Shown here one piece after another: positions 8,800 through 16,776 of a DNA stretch of 33,625 nt. Position 1 is the stretch's first letter, and the number at the start of each line of letters is the position of its first letter. The stretch lies in the NCBI GenBank assembly GCA_045106895.1, contig JBGCFM010000274.1, forward strand, positions 1-33,625. The letters run 5' to 3'. The notes beneath the pieces were generated by a model, which saw only the letters and a list, made by a program, of their open reading frames with translations, was not told the DNA's origin and did no database searches. This DNA comes from Polyangiales bacterium (lineage in GTDB: Bacteria; Myxococcota_A; Polyangia; Polyangiales; Houyiibacteriaceae). The position numbers and the translations under genes were made by a program.

Positions 8800-10158
8800 C
8801 TAAGCGTGACTTTCTACGGCCTTGGCCGTGCGTTCGCGCCGGATATCACCGGCGTCGACGAGGAGGCCGCGGAGCATGCGCGGCGAGGTCAGGTCGTGAA
8901 GTACGACGGAGGCGAGAACGACGGTGTATCCAAGGTCGACGAGGGGCCCGTCGAAGACCACCTGGAACGACACCGCCATCGCCACGGTGACATCTCCGTG
9001 GGCAAGGAGGCCCCGGAAGAGGTCTTTGCGCATGTCGGACATTCCGAGAGCGGCGAGGCGGCTCGCGACGAACTTTCCGAAGAGGCGAAGCAAGACGAAG
9101 GCGCCGAAAACCCCAACCGTGTAGGTCAGCGGCGGGGCCTTCCAAAGGGCGCCGGCGAGCACTAGAAGCATGAGCATCATTGGCTTTTCGGTGCTGACGA
9201 GGGTCTCCACCATCACCTTGCCGGTACGGGCGACGTTCACCAGCACGATGCCGAGGCAGACGTTGACGGCGAGGGGGGAGAGGTCGAGAAAGTAAGCCGC
9301 GCCGGAGGCGAAGGTGATGATGCCGACCATCGCGAGGAAGCGGCCGTTCGGCGTCTCGTTGCCACCGAGGAAGGGCGTGAAGAACGCGCCGAGGAGCAGA
9401 CCAAGACCCAGCTGAAGCACAGACCATTCGGCGGTCCATGTCAGGTCCATGCCCTCCGTGGCGCCGGGAGGCGCGTGGAAGAGCGCGAAGACGAGGCCAA
9501 ATACCAGGATGACAAAGACGTCACCGATGCGAGCAGCGGCGCGAAGTCGGCCCGCGAGCTCGCCTTCGATCTTGTATCGCTTCGCCACGACATCCACGGG
9601 CTGCGCCGAGTCTGCCGCGGCACAGCAGCCGAGCATGAGCGCAACGGCGGCGGACTCACGCCAAGGGCGGTCGAAGAGCTCGGGTGTGGTGAAAGCCCAA
9701 TACGCGGTGCCGCCGACCAACGTCCCTGGCACCAAGTGGTGAAGCAGCACGATGCGAAGGGTTCCGTCTGGGCGGTCACGCAGAGACTCGAGGTGCAGCT
9801 CCATGCCACGGAGCAGTCCGACCCAGCCTGCCGCGAGGGCGATGATCGGCATCAAACCGGTCAGGTCTTCGACGATGCCGAAGTACCCCAAGAGCAAACC
9901 GAGCACGATGTACTCCACACCCGAGAGCATCAGGATGCGCTGCTGCAGCTTGTCGATGACGAGGTTCGCCAGGAGGTACGCCGCGGCGACGCCCAAGAAG
10001 AACCCGACGATGGTGAGGAGAGAGTCCTTCTCGACCCCGCCTCCGCCGGACGCAAAAGCGATCGACGGCATGGCGAAGGAAGCGACGATCATCAGTGGGG
10101 CGAAATGGCGCACGGACCCGAATTGTGGGGACCTACGCAGAAAAGCGCGAGTAATCAA
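8800..10158 (-). CDS. Cation:proton antiporter (CPA/Na-H exchanger family), divergent; start codon uncertain
   Basis: Highly hydrophobic multi-TM protein with GVEYIVLGLLLG, WVGLLRGMEL, LSPLAVNVCLGIVLVN, LLRLFGKF and GLLAHGDVTVAMAV. Ends 2 nt before the trkA start. Confidence 0.75.
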   Translation of the reverse strand: MITRAFLRRSPQFGSVRHFAPLMIVASFAMPSIAFASGGGGVEKDSLLTIVGFFLGVAAAYLLANLVIDKLQQRILMLSGVEYIVLGLLLGYFGIVEDLTGLMPIIALAAGWVGLLRGMELHLESLRDRPDGTLRIVLLHHLVPGTLVGGTAYWAFTTPELFDRPWRESAAVALMLGCCAAADSAQPVDVVAKRYKIEGELAGRLRAAARIGDVFVILVFGLVFALFHAPPGATEGMDLTWTAEWSVLQLGLGLLLGAFFTPFLGGNETPNGRFLAMVGIITFASGAAYFLDLSPLAVNVCLGIVLVNVARTGKVMVETLVSTEKPMMLMLLVLAGALWKAPPLTYTVGVFGAFVLLRLFGKFVASRLAALGMSDMRKDLFRGLLAHGDVTVAMAVSFQVVFDGPLVDLGYTVVLASVVLHDLTSPRMLRGLLVDAGDIRRERTAKAVESHA

Positions 10159-10224
10159 CAGAATGTCCCGTTACGACGGACTACTGAGCCTGACATGGCC
10201 GGTTCTGGTCCGTTGGAGGCAACG

Positions 10225-11316
10225 TCACGCGCGCGCTGGCTCACGGATCATCGTCGCATCGCCAATGGCGACGGCGACGGTCTTGCGGAGTCGCTTCCAC
10301 ACCGACTCCTGCACGTAGGGAACGCCGTGACGCTCACAGATGGCCTTCACCTCGGGCTGAATCTTCGCGTATTGGCGCATCGGCAAGTCCGGAAAGACGT
10401 GGTGTTCAATCTGGTAGTTGAGCCATCCGTGTAAGAAGTCATTGAAGTCTCCGCCGGTACGAAAGTTCACCGAGCCGACGACCTGCCGCCGATAGAACTC
10501 CGCCTTGTTGCCCATGGCGTCGTCAAAGCGGTGCATGTCGTCGCCGGCGTGATTGGTGACGATGACCAAGAAACTGTGAAGGTTCGTGAAGAGCTCCGCC
10601 AAAGCGGAGTTGACGAGCACGTTGCCCGACGCCCAAACGCCAAGCGGCAAGAAGAGCGAGGGGATGAGGACGAAGTGCACAAGGCCGTAAGGCAAGAGAC
10701 AGCGCCGCCAGAGCTCCGGGTGCAAAAACATCGCGCCGAGGTCGCGTTCCTCCTCGAGGAGCGCACGAAGTGTATTCGGCGCGTAGTAGGTGTACTTCCA
10801 CGTCCCCATGAAGAAACCCACGATGGCCTTCTTGAGGGGCCGGGGCATCGAAGAGTCACGAAGCCAGTCTAAGTTGTGCTCCATCAAGTCCGGGTCTTCG
10901 ACCTCACCGAGGCGGTAGTGGTGAAGCACGTCGTGTTCATGATGCCAGGCCGCAGGATCGATCCAGTCGAGCCAATCGATGGCGCGGCGCCAGCCCTTGG
11001 CGAAACCTTTGCTCGTCTGGTGCTGCTTCGCGCCGGGGACGTGGTCATAGCCGCGATGCGAGGTGTGATGCGCGATCATCGCCCAGCGGGTCAGACGACC
11101 TTGGCTGATGAGAAGCGCCGACAGAGGGTTCGGCGCGATCCAAGAGGTCGCGTACCCGGCGAGGGAACACAAGCGTCCCCAGCGCTCGATCTTGTTGCGG
11201 TGCTTTAGATCCTTGGTGCTCAGCGCAGCGCGCACACGTTTGCGAAGCGCGTCGAGGTCCGCAGCGAAGGCTTCGGCGTCAAAGGGCACAGACTGAGAGT
11301 GAAGGTCAGTGTTCAT
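10225..11316 (-). CDS. Membrane fatty acid / acyl-CoA desaturase
   Basis: Three His boxes: HHTSH, HHEHDVLHH, QIEHH (LNYQIEHHVFPDLP). Confidence 0.92.
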   Translation of the reverse strand: MNTDLHSQSVPFDAEAFAADLDALRKRVRAALSTKDLKHRNKIERWGRLCSLAGYATSWIAPNPLSALLISQGRLTRWAMIAHHTSHRGYDHVPGAKQHQTSKGFAKGWRRAIDWLDWIDPAAWHHEHDVLHHYRLGEVEDPDLMEHNLDWLRDSSMPRPLKKAIVGFFMGTWKYTYYAPNTLRALLEEERDLGAMFLHPELWRRCLLPYGLVHFVLIPSLFLPLGVWASGNVLVNSALAELFTNLHSFLVIVTNHAGDDMHRFDDAMGNKAEFYRRQVVGSVNFRTGGDFNDFLHGWLNYQIEHHVFPDLPMRQYAKIQPEVKAICERHGVPYVQESVWKRLRKTVAVAIGDATMIREPARA

Positions 11317-11370
11317 GCAGAGGGTTCAGTTACCCCACTTTTCGCCTGCCGGCTACCGGGCCTCCGGCAG

Positions 11371-13728
11371 TCAGAGTCTCTGCCGCCACGCGTCGCGTTC
11401 GGGGAATTCCTCCGCGTTCTCGAGAGCCGCTGAGAGTGACTGTTTGATACCCTTGAGAGCGCACTCGAGGTGCCACCACCCCATCCCCGTACGGCCGCTG
11501 CTGCTCCCGGGGACCAGGTAGGGGTCCCCAAGTCGCCAGTCGCCTTTTTCAATCTTCTTTCGACATCCGCGGCATTTCGAACGAGCGCTCTTTGCCAACT
11601 CGATCACCGGCGAGGGTAGCCCCGTTGACGGCGCTGAAGACGGCGCTGCATCTTTCGCTGATGTGGCGACGCTGGCGCTGGCTGACGCGCCGTGCGCCTT
11701 TTCCGCGGCCACATGCAGCGCGCGAACGTCACGGGCGATCTCATAGCGCAACGTCGGAGAAAGACGCATCCACCGTTCCTGATGAATGCCCTTCTCGCGC
11801 GTCCAGAGCGGTAGCAGACCGTCGAGGTTGATGCGGTGCAGCTTCACCGCCTCGTCGCGGTAGTACCCGCTGTGGTGGAACTCCACCTTCGTCGAACCGT
11901 AGTACTTGAGGTCGTAGCGCAGGAACCGAAAGTGATCGTCTCGGTGAGCGATGCCGTTCAGTATCCACAAGCGCAAGAGGCGCCGCGCCCAGACCTTTCC
12001 GTCGACGCCCTGCGCCGGCACTTCCAAGCGTTCCGCGGAACTTCGCTCTCGTTGTGGGAACGCGGCGGTGGACGTCGGCCACCCTTCGACTCCACGTGCC
12101 GGATGCGCGACACGCAATACCCCCTTGCCCAGACCGAGGTTTGCGCCGTTCGCCGCCACCAGGCGCTCGCCCACGAGGGCGAAGGTGCCTTTCCCGCGGA
12201 ACTCCGTGGCGTCTCGTTCACCCAACTCGAAGACGACGCCCTGAGCCGCTTCTCGCGCCAGAGGGTTATCGACGTAGCGTCGCTGGAAGTCCGCTCTCGT
12301 CCATTCGCGTTCGCCGACCATCGCCTGCTCGAGGCATTCGCCGATCCAGCGCTTCCACTGTTCGGCGCTTCCGCTGGGGTCGTCCCCATGCGGAAAGTGC
12401 TCTTCCAAACGTTCGACGCTTTGCGCGGCGTGAACGCTCCCCTGGCGCGGGTAGGAAACCAAGCCGCCAAGACGCGCGTTCCAGAGGTTCGTGGTGCGCC
12501 AGATACGAAGACACCAGCGGTCGAAGGCCACGCGTTTCGCGCCGGCCCATCCGACGAGCTGCTTTCGCTTCAGACGACGTCGAGCGTAGCGATCGCCGGC
12601 ATCGTTCGTGAAAGCTTCGTTCGCGAGAAGCCCGATGTAGTTTCTGTTCGGCAAGTCCTTGTCGACAAGCCACATCGCCAGCTCGCCACAGCTCTCGTCG
12701 CTCACGGCGGCACGCACGAGGAGCACACCCAACGCAAAAAGCTCCGCAATAAACCAAGCGCGCGCGCCCGCGCTCATCTTGCTTCCATCCCGGTACTTCA
12801 GCGGAGGCCCACCGCTCTCGAGTCCCTTCGGCAGTTTACGCCCGGCGGCAGCAAGCAGAGCGTCGAGTCCGCGGTAGTCCTGCGCCGCCACATAGGCGTC
12901 GAGTTCCGTAGGCAAGGGCGCCTTGATGTGAGTCCAAAGGTCGTGGCTTCCAGACCGAATCCACCCGACATGGTGCGCGCGAATCCAGAACTTAGGTCGT
13001 TTCGCGTCTTTCTCTTCGGACGCACGCAACGCGAGCATCTCGGACTCCGCTTGCTCCGGAGTGATGCCCATCGCGATGGCGATCTCTTCCGTCTTGACGA
13101 GCTGGCCGGACCGGTCTCCGAAGTATGCGCGAAGGTTCTGCGCAAGCGACGGGTCATTGGGCACAGCTGCCGCTTGGAAACGCGAGGGCTTCGCTTTTGG
13201 TAAAGCGCGAGGGGTCTTCGAGATGGCGCCGAACCCCGCCAGGGTCTTCTCAAGGGCCTTGCGGACCGTCTTGGATTTCTCCTTCGCGAGCATCTTCTGC
13301 AGGTCGCTCTGACTCTTCTTGTCACGGATGCCTTCGAGCAGTCGCACCGCCGCCTCGCGAGTCCCGGCGCCCGATGCGTCGAGTCGTCGTCGCGCAGCAG
13401 CCCGTGCGACCTTCGGAAAGTGGATCAACCCGGCCACACACGCGCGCCGAACGTTCGGCTTCGGGTGGTCGAGACCTTGCACAAATACCCGGGACTCACT
13501 CACCCGCCCGTACTTCGCGCAGCCAGCCAACCACACGTAGAAGTCCGGCGTGCAGAAACGCTTTCCGATGGGCTCGTCGTAACGAGCGAGCTTCCCGTCC
13601 GCGAGGGCGATGGCAATGGTGTCCGCAAACTTCGGGTCGCCTTGGCGGCGGCGCTCCAGCTCAAAGCACGCTTCACTGCCGCTCATCCTGCGGAGCGGCT
13701 CGATGATTTTGTGAAGTGCGTTTGTCAT
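11371..13728 (-). CDS. HEAT-repeat + DUF4132-like protein with C-terminal PARP-type zinc finger (~785 aa)
   Basis: ATG 13728 is preferred because it avoids overlap with the upstream gene. HEAT-like segments: GLDHPKPNVRRACVAGL and REAAVRLL..KEKSKTVRKAL. DUF4132-like segment: LEQAMVGEREWTRADFQRRYVDNPLAREAAQGVVF..VAHP..FPQRER. C-terminus: IELAKSARSKCRGCRKKIEKGDWRLG..WWHLEC. Confidence 0.8.
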   Translation of the reverse strand: MTNALHKIIEPLRRMSGSEACFELERRRQGDPKFADTIAIALADGKLARYDEPIGKRFCTPDFYVWLAGCAKYGRVSESRVFVQGLDHPKPNVRRACVAGLIHFPKVARAAARRRLDASGAGTREAAVRLLEGIRDKKSQSDLQKMLAKEKSKTVRKALEKTLAGFGAISKTPRALPKAKPSRFQAAAVPNDPSLAQNLRAYFGDRSGQLVKTEEIAIAMGITPEQAESEMLALRASEEKDAKRPKFWIRAHHVGWIRSGSHDLWTHIKAPLPTELDAYVAAQDYRGLDALLAAAGRKLPKGLESGGPPLKYRDGSKMSAGARAWFIAELFALGVLLVRAAVSDESCGELAMWLVDKDLPNRNYIGLLANEAFTNDAGDRYARRRLKRKQLVGWAGAKRVAFDRWCLRIWRTTNLWNARLGGLVSYPRQGSVHAAQSVERLEEHFPHGDDPSGSAEQWKRWIGECLEQAMVGEREWTRADFQRRYVDNPLAREAAQGVVFELGERDATEFRGKGTFALVGERLVAANGANLGLGKGVLRVAHPARGVEGWPTSTAAFPQRERSSAERLEVPAQGVDGKVWARRLLRLWILNGIAHRDDHFRFLRYDLKYYGSTKVEFHHSGYYRDEAVKLHRINLDGLLPLWTREKGIHQERWMRLSPTLRYEIARDVRALHVAAEKAHGASASASVATSAKDAAPSSAPSTGLPSPVIELAKSARSKCRGCRKKIEKGDWRLGDPYLVPGSSSGRTGMGWWHLECALKGIKQSLSAALENAEEFPERDAWRQRL

Positions 13729-13765
13729 AGACTGGGCCCTGCGCGTAAAAAGCAAACGATATGCA

Positions 13766-13793
13766 ACTCGTCTTACGTGCAAGACAGACGAGT
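13766..13793. promoter_or_regulatory. 8-bp inverted repeat upstream of the zf-PARP gene (possible operator or hairpin)
   Basis: ACTCGTCT-N12-AGACGAGT, 37 nt upstream of ATG 13728. Confidence 0.3.
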
Positions 13794-13825
13794 CTTCCCT
13801 GTCCCAGCGAAACAGCCGGTTTTCG

Positions 13826-14416
13826 CTACGAGAGGACGAGCGCAAGCTCCTGGAGTCGCTCGTGCCAGAACACCTTCGCCGCATCGGCCTTCTTCTTCGT
13901 CGTGTGCCCGGAATGCTGTATCGAAACGCTGCTCTTGCTCGCGCCTTTGTCCCAGAAATGAACAGCGACTTTCGTGCCGTCCGCCCAATCGACGCGCATG
14001 GACTTGTCTTTACGCGGCACGCGGACGCTCCGCTCCACCTTCAGCCACTTCGCTCGCTCCCGCTTTCGACTGAACGCCGTATAGAGCCGAGAGACATGCA
14101 CATGGAAGGTCTTGCTCTTGTTGGCATCGAAGGCCTTGGTATCGCGCCGTTGACCGACCTCGCGTAGCCCCCGAATTCGCTCGTAGGCCACGGTGATGCC
14201 TTGAGACCACCATCCCCCGACCTCTGGGAAGCGCGCGAGGATGAGCTTCGCGATCTGAGGATGCGTCAACGACGTCGCGTTCTCCGCGTCCAGCCAGCGC
14301 ACCCACTCGACCCAGCTCTTGTCGGTCTTCTTCTTGACCGCGTCATCACTGATGCCAGCAAGGACCGGCCACGTGGACTCAGGTGCAGCCTTCGCGGCGT
14401 CTTCTCTTCGCGTCAT
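13826..14416 (-). CDS. Conserved hypothetical protein (DUF4287-like N-terminus, SRPBCC-like C-terminus)
   Basis: ISDDAVKKKTDKSWVEWVRWLD..THPQIAK..GGWWSQGITVAYER is followed by a beta-rich segment and a terminal helix KVFWHERL. Confidence 0.65.
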   Translation of the reverse strand: MTRREDAAKAAPESTWPVLAGISDDAVKKKTDKSWVEWVRWLDAENATSLTHPQIAKLILARFPEVGGWWSQGITVAYERIRGLREVGQRRDTKAFDANKSKTFHVHVSRLYTAFSRKRERAKWLKVERSVRVPRKDKSMRVDWADGTKVAVHFWDKGASKSSVSIQHSGHTTKKKADAAKVFWHERLQELALVLS

Positions 14417-14453
14417 GCCAGATTATCGTCGTCGTGAACGAACGGCGAAGGCC

Positions 14454-15089
14454 CTAGATTTCGTCGAGGATGGCTTCACGCCGCTTTTCGAACTCGGCAT
14501 CCGTGATGGCACCGCGCTTGTGCAAGGTCTCGACCTTTGCGAGGCGGTCCGCCAGGTCGTCGACGCTCGCGGCTTTCTTCGGCGCGGCGCTCTCGGAGGG
14601 TTCTGTCCCTGCTTCACTCTGCGCCTTCTGCGCCATCTCTCGCGCCTCAGCGCTCTTGGCGCGCGTCGGATCGAAGGCGCTCTTCGCTTCGGATTGGGCC
14701 CGCTTGTAGGCGCGCGTCATTTCCGCTTCGCTGAGCGCCCCTTGCTCGAAGTAGAGCGTCGCCACGTGACCGATACCCTTCGTCGACGCGTACATGAAAG
14801 GAGCGGCCAGGAGTCCACCGAAGCCTGGGAGAAGAATTTTCCCCGCGGTCATCGCGAGGCGACTCCCAACGAGAGAGACGCCCACCGTCGCTGCGATCTG
14901 AGTCACCAGCTCAAGCGCCGACTCGCGCGTCACCGTCTTGCCGTACTCGTCGGCGATGCCGATGACCATGCCGACATGAAGAGGCATAACGCCCAACACT
15001 TCCGTGCCCGGGATCGGAATAATCGTCAGCGCTGCCGCGCCGTAGCCACAGCGATCGGTGAGTTGTTCGATTCGTGATGCTCTGTCCAT
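14454..15089 (-). CDS. DUF697-like membrane protein with C-terminal SHOCT domain
   Basis: IIPIPGTEVLGVMPLHVGMVIGIADEYG (DUF697-like). C-terminal DLADRLAKVETLHKRGAITDAEFEKRREAIL (SHOCT). Confidence 0.78.
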   Translation of the reverse strand: MDRASRIEQLTDRCGYGAAALTIIPIPGTEVLGVMPLHVGMVIGIADEYGKTVTRESALELVTQIAATVGVSLVGSRLAMTAGKILLPGFGGLLAAPFMYASTKGIGHVATLYFEQGALSEAEMTRAYKRAQSEAKSAFDPTRAKSAEAREMAQKAQSEAGTEPSESAAPKKAASVDDLADRLAKVETLHKRGAITDAEFEKRREAILDEI

Positions 15090-15210
15090 GTGCTTCCCTT
15101 GGCCGCATCCATAGCACGCCTATCGATTCTCCTCGCGCAGAACGCTTCCCATAGCCGCTTTGCGATCTCACCATTGACGCGACCCTTCCGCTCTCTAGAG
15201 ACTCGCCACC

Positions 15211-16080
15211 ATGAGCAAAAACACCACCTACGAGCCGCCGAAAGTCTGGAAATGGGATGCCGAGAATGGAGGTGCGTTCTCGAAGACGAACCGCCCCATC
15301 GCCGGAGCCACCCATGACAAGGAGCTGCCACGTGGAGTGCACGCGCTTCAACTTCACTCCTTGGCCACACCCAACGGCGTCAAAGTCACGATCATGCTCG
15401 AAGAGCTTCTCGCCCTCGGGAAAGATGCCGAGTACGACGCATACGTCATCAACATCATGGATGGCGATCAGTTCGGCAGCGGCTTCGTCGAGCTAAACCC
15501 TAACTCGAAGATCCCCGCGCTCCTCGACCAAAGCGCCTCTCCACCGCAGCGGGTTTTCGAGTCTGGTTCTATCCTGCTCTATCTCGCCGAGAAGTTCGGC
15601 GCTCTTCTACCCGAAGATGCAGGGGCCCGAACGGAAGCCCTCTCGTGGCTCTTCTGGCAGATGGGAAGCGCGCCATATCTCGGCGGCGGCTTCGGTCACT
15701 TCTACTCCTACGCGCCGGTGAAGATCGAGTACGCCATCGACCGCTTTACGATGGAAACGAAACGCCAGCTGGACGTCCTCAACAGGCAGCTCGAAAAGAA
15801 CGAGTTCATCGGCGGCGCCGAATACAGCATCGCCGACATTGCTATCTGGCCCTGGTACGGCGCACTCGTACTGGGCAAGGTCTACGACGCTGCGGAGTTC
15901 CTTGAAGCCGAGAGCTACACGCACGTGATGCGTTGGGCCAAGCAGCTGGCTGAACGGCCCGCCGTCAAGCGCGGCATCATGGTGAATCGCACCTGGGGCC
16001 CGGAAGAAGAACAGCTTCGTGAGCGCCACAGCGCCAGCGACTTCGACGACAAGACGCAAGACAAGGTCGACGCGAGCTAA
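15211..16080 (+). CDS. yghU: Glutathione-dependent disulfide-bond oxidoreductase (nu-class GST, YghU)
   Basis: YEPPKVWKW, NRPIAGATH, SLATPNGVKVTIMLEELL, NPNSKIPAL, FESGSILLYLAEKFG, WLFWQMGSAPYLGGGFGHFY, QLRERHSASDF. Confidence 0.95.
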   Translation: MSKNTTYEPPKVWKWDAENGGAFSKTNRPIAGATHDKELPRGVHALQLHSLATPNGVKVTIMLEELLALGKDAEYDAYVINIMDGDQFGSGFVELNPNSKIPALLDQSASPPQRVFESGSILLYLAEKFGALLPEDAGARTEALSWLFWQMGSAPYLGGGFGHFYSYAPVKIEYAIDRFTMETKRQLDVLNRQLEKNEFIGGAEYSIADIAIWPWYGALVLGKVYDAAEFLEAESYTHVMRWAKQLAERPAVKRGIMVNRTWGPEEEQLRERHSASDFDDKTQDKVDAS

Positions 16081-16099
16081 AAGCTCTCAAAATCGCCGA

Positions 16100-16121
16100 A
16101 GATTGGTTGGATAACCAATCT
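16100..16121. promoter_or_regulatory. Perfect AT-rich 9-bp palindrome, candidate transcription-factor site
   Basis: AGATTGGTT-GGAT-AACCAATCT between the yghU stop and ATG 16142. Confidence 0.45.
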
Positions 16122-16141
16122 ACCAGCAGCAGCTTTCGAGC

Positions 16142-16690
16142 ATGGAAACGATTCTTCCCTGGTCTCTCAAGCTCATCGCCGGCCTGATCTTCGTTGCGCC
16201 TTTTCTGGAGTTCTTCCCCATCGCGGTGTTCACCTTTTCGCTTCACCGCGTTCGCATCGACACCTCGCGGGACAGCGAGGTCTATCTCTTCACCGCGGAC
16301 CCCTGGACGATGCTCATCTTTATGATTGGCGGGGGCGTCACGAGCATCGCGCTCTACCTCAGCTCTGGTTTTTGGGCGGCGAGTGCTGGTGTCTTCGCTT
16401 CGCTATTGCTCGCTTCCGGCTGCCGCGTTCAGGTTTGGGTCACGCCGATGGGCTCGCGTATTACCCGCCGCATCTTCGGCATTCTCACCTGGAGCGTGTG
16501 GCACAGTCCGAGCGCCCCGACGCTCTACCTCGATGGCTGGGGCGACATGATGGACCCCGAAGCGTTGCACGTCGGCTTTGGTCTCGGTGACCTCGAACTG
16601 GGTTGGAGCGACGCCAACTCTGGCGACCACGCCCAAGAGCTCGTGACGGCGTTCAGCAACGCCGTGGCCGCACTCCGTAGCTATTCGTAG
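16142..16690 (+). CDS. Hypothetical membrane protein (about 3 TM)
   Basis: 182-aa ATG ORF filling the gap, with hydrophobic segments. No family recognised. Confidence 0.6.
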   Translation: METILPWSLKLIAGLIFVAPFLEFFPIAVFTFSLHRVRIDTSRDSEVYLFTADPWTMLIFMIGGGVTSIALYLSSGFWAASAGVFASLLLASGCRVQVWVTPMGSRITRRIFGILTWSVWHSPSAPTLYLDGWGDMMDPEALHVGFGLGDLELGWSDANSGDHAQELVTAFSNAVAALRSYS

Positions 16691-16707
16691 CCCGCCCCGA
16701 ACGAAGA

Positions 16708-16737
16708 AACGCCCCGTCGACGTATCGTCGGGGCGTT
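16708..16737. terminator. Probable bidirectional intrinsic terminator between convergent genes
   Basis: AACGCCCCGTCGA-CGTA-TCGTCGGGGCGTT hairpin with one mismatch and a U-rich tail on the minus strand. Confidence 0.65.
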
Positions 16738-16776
16738 CACTTCATCTCACTTCAACTATCGATCAAGGCGCTGGAG

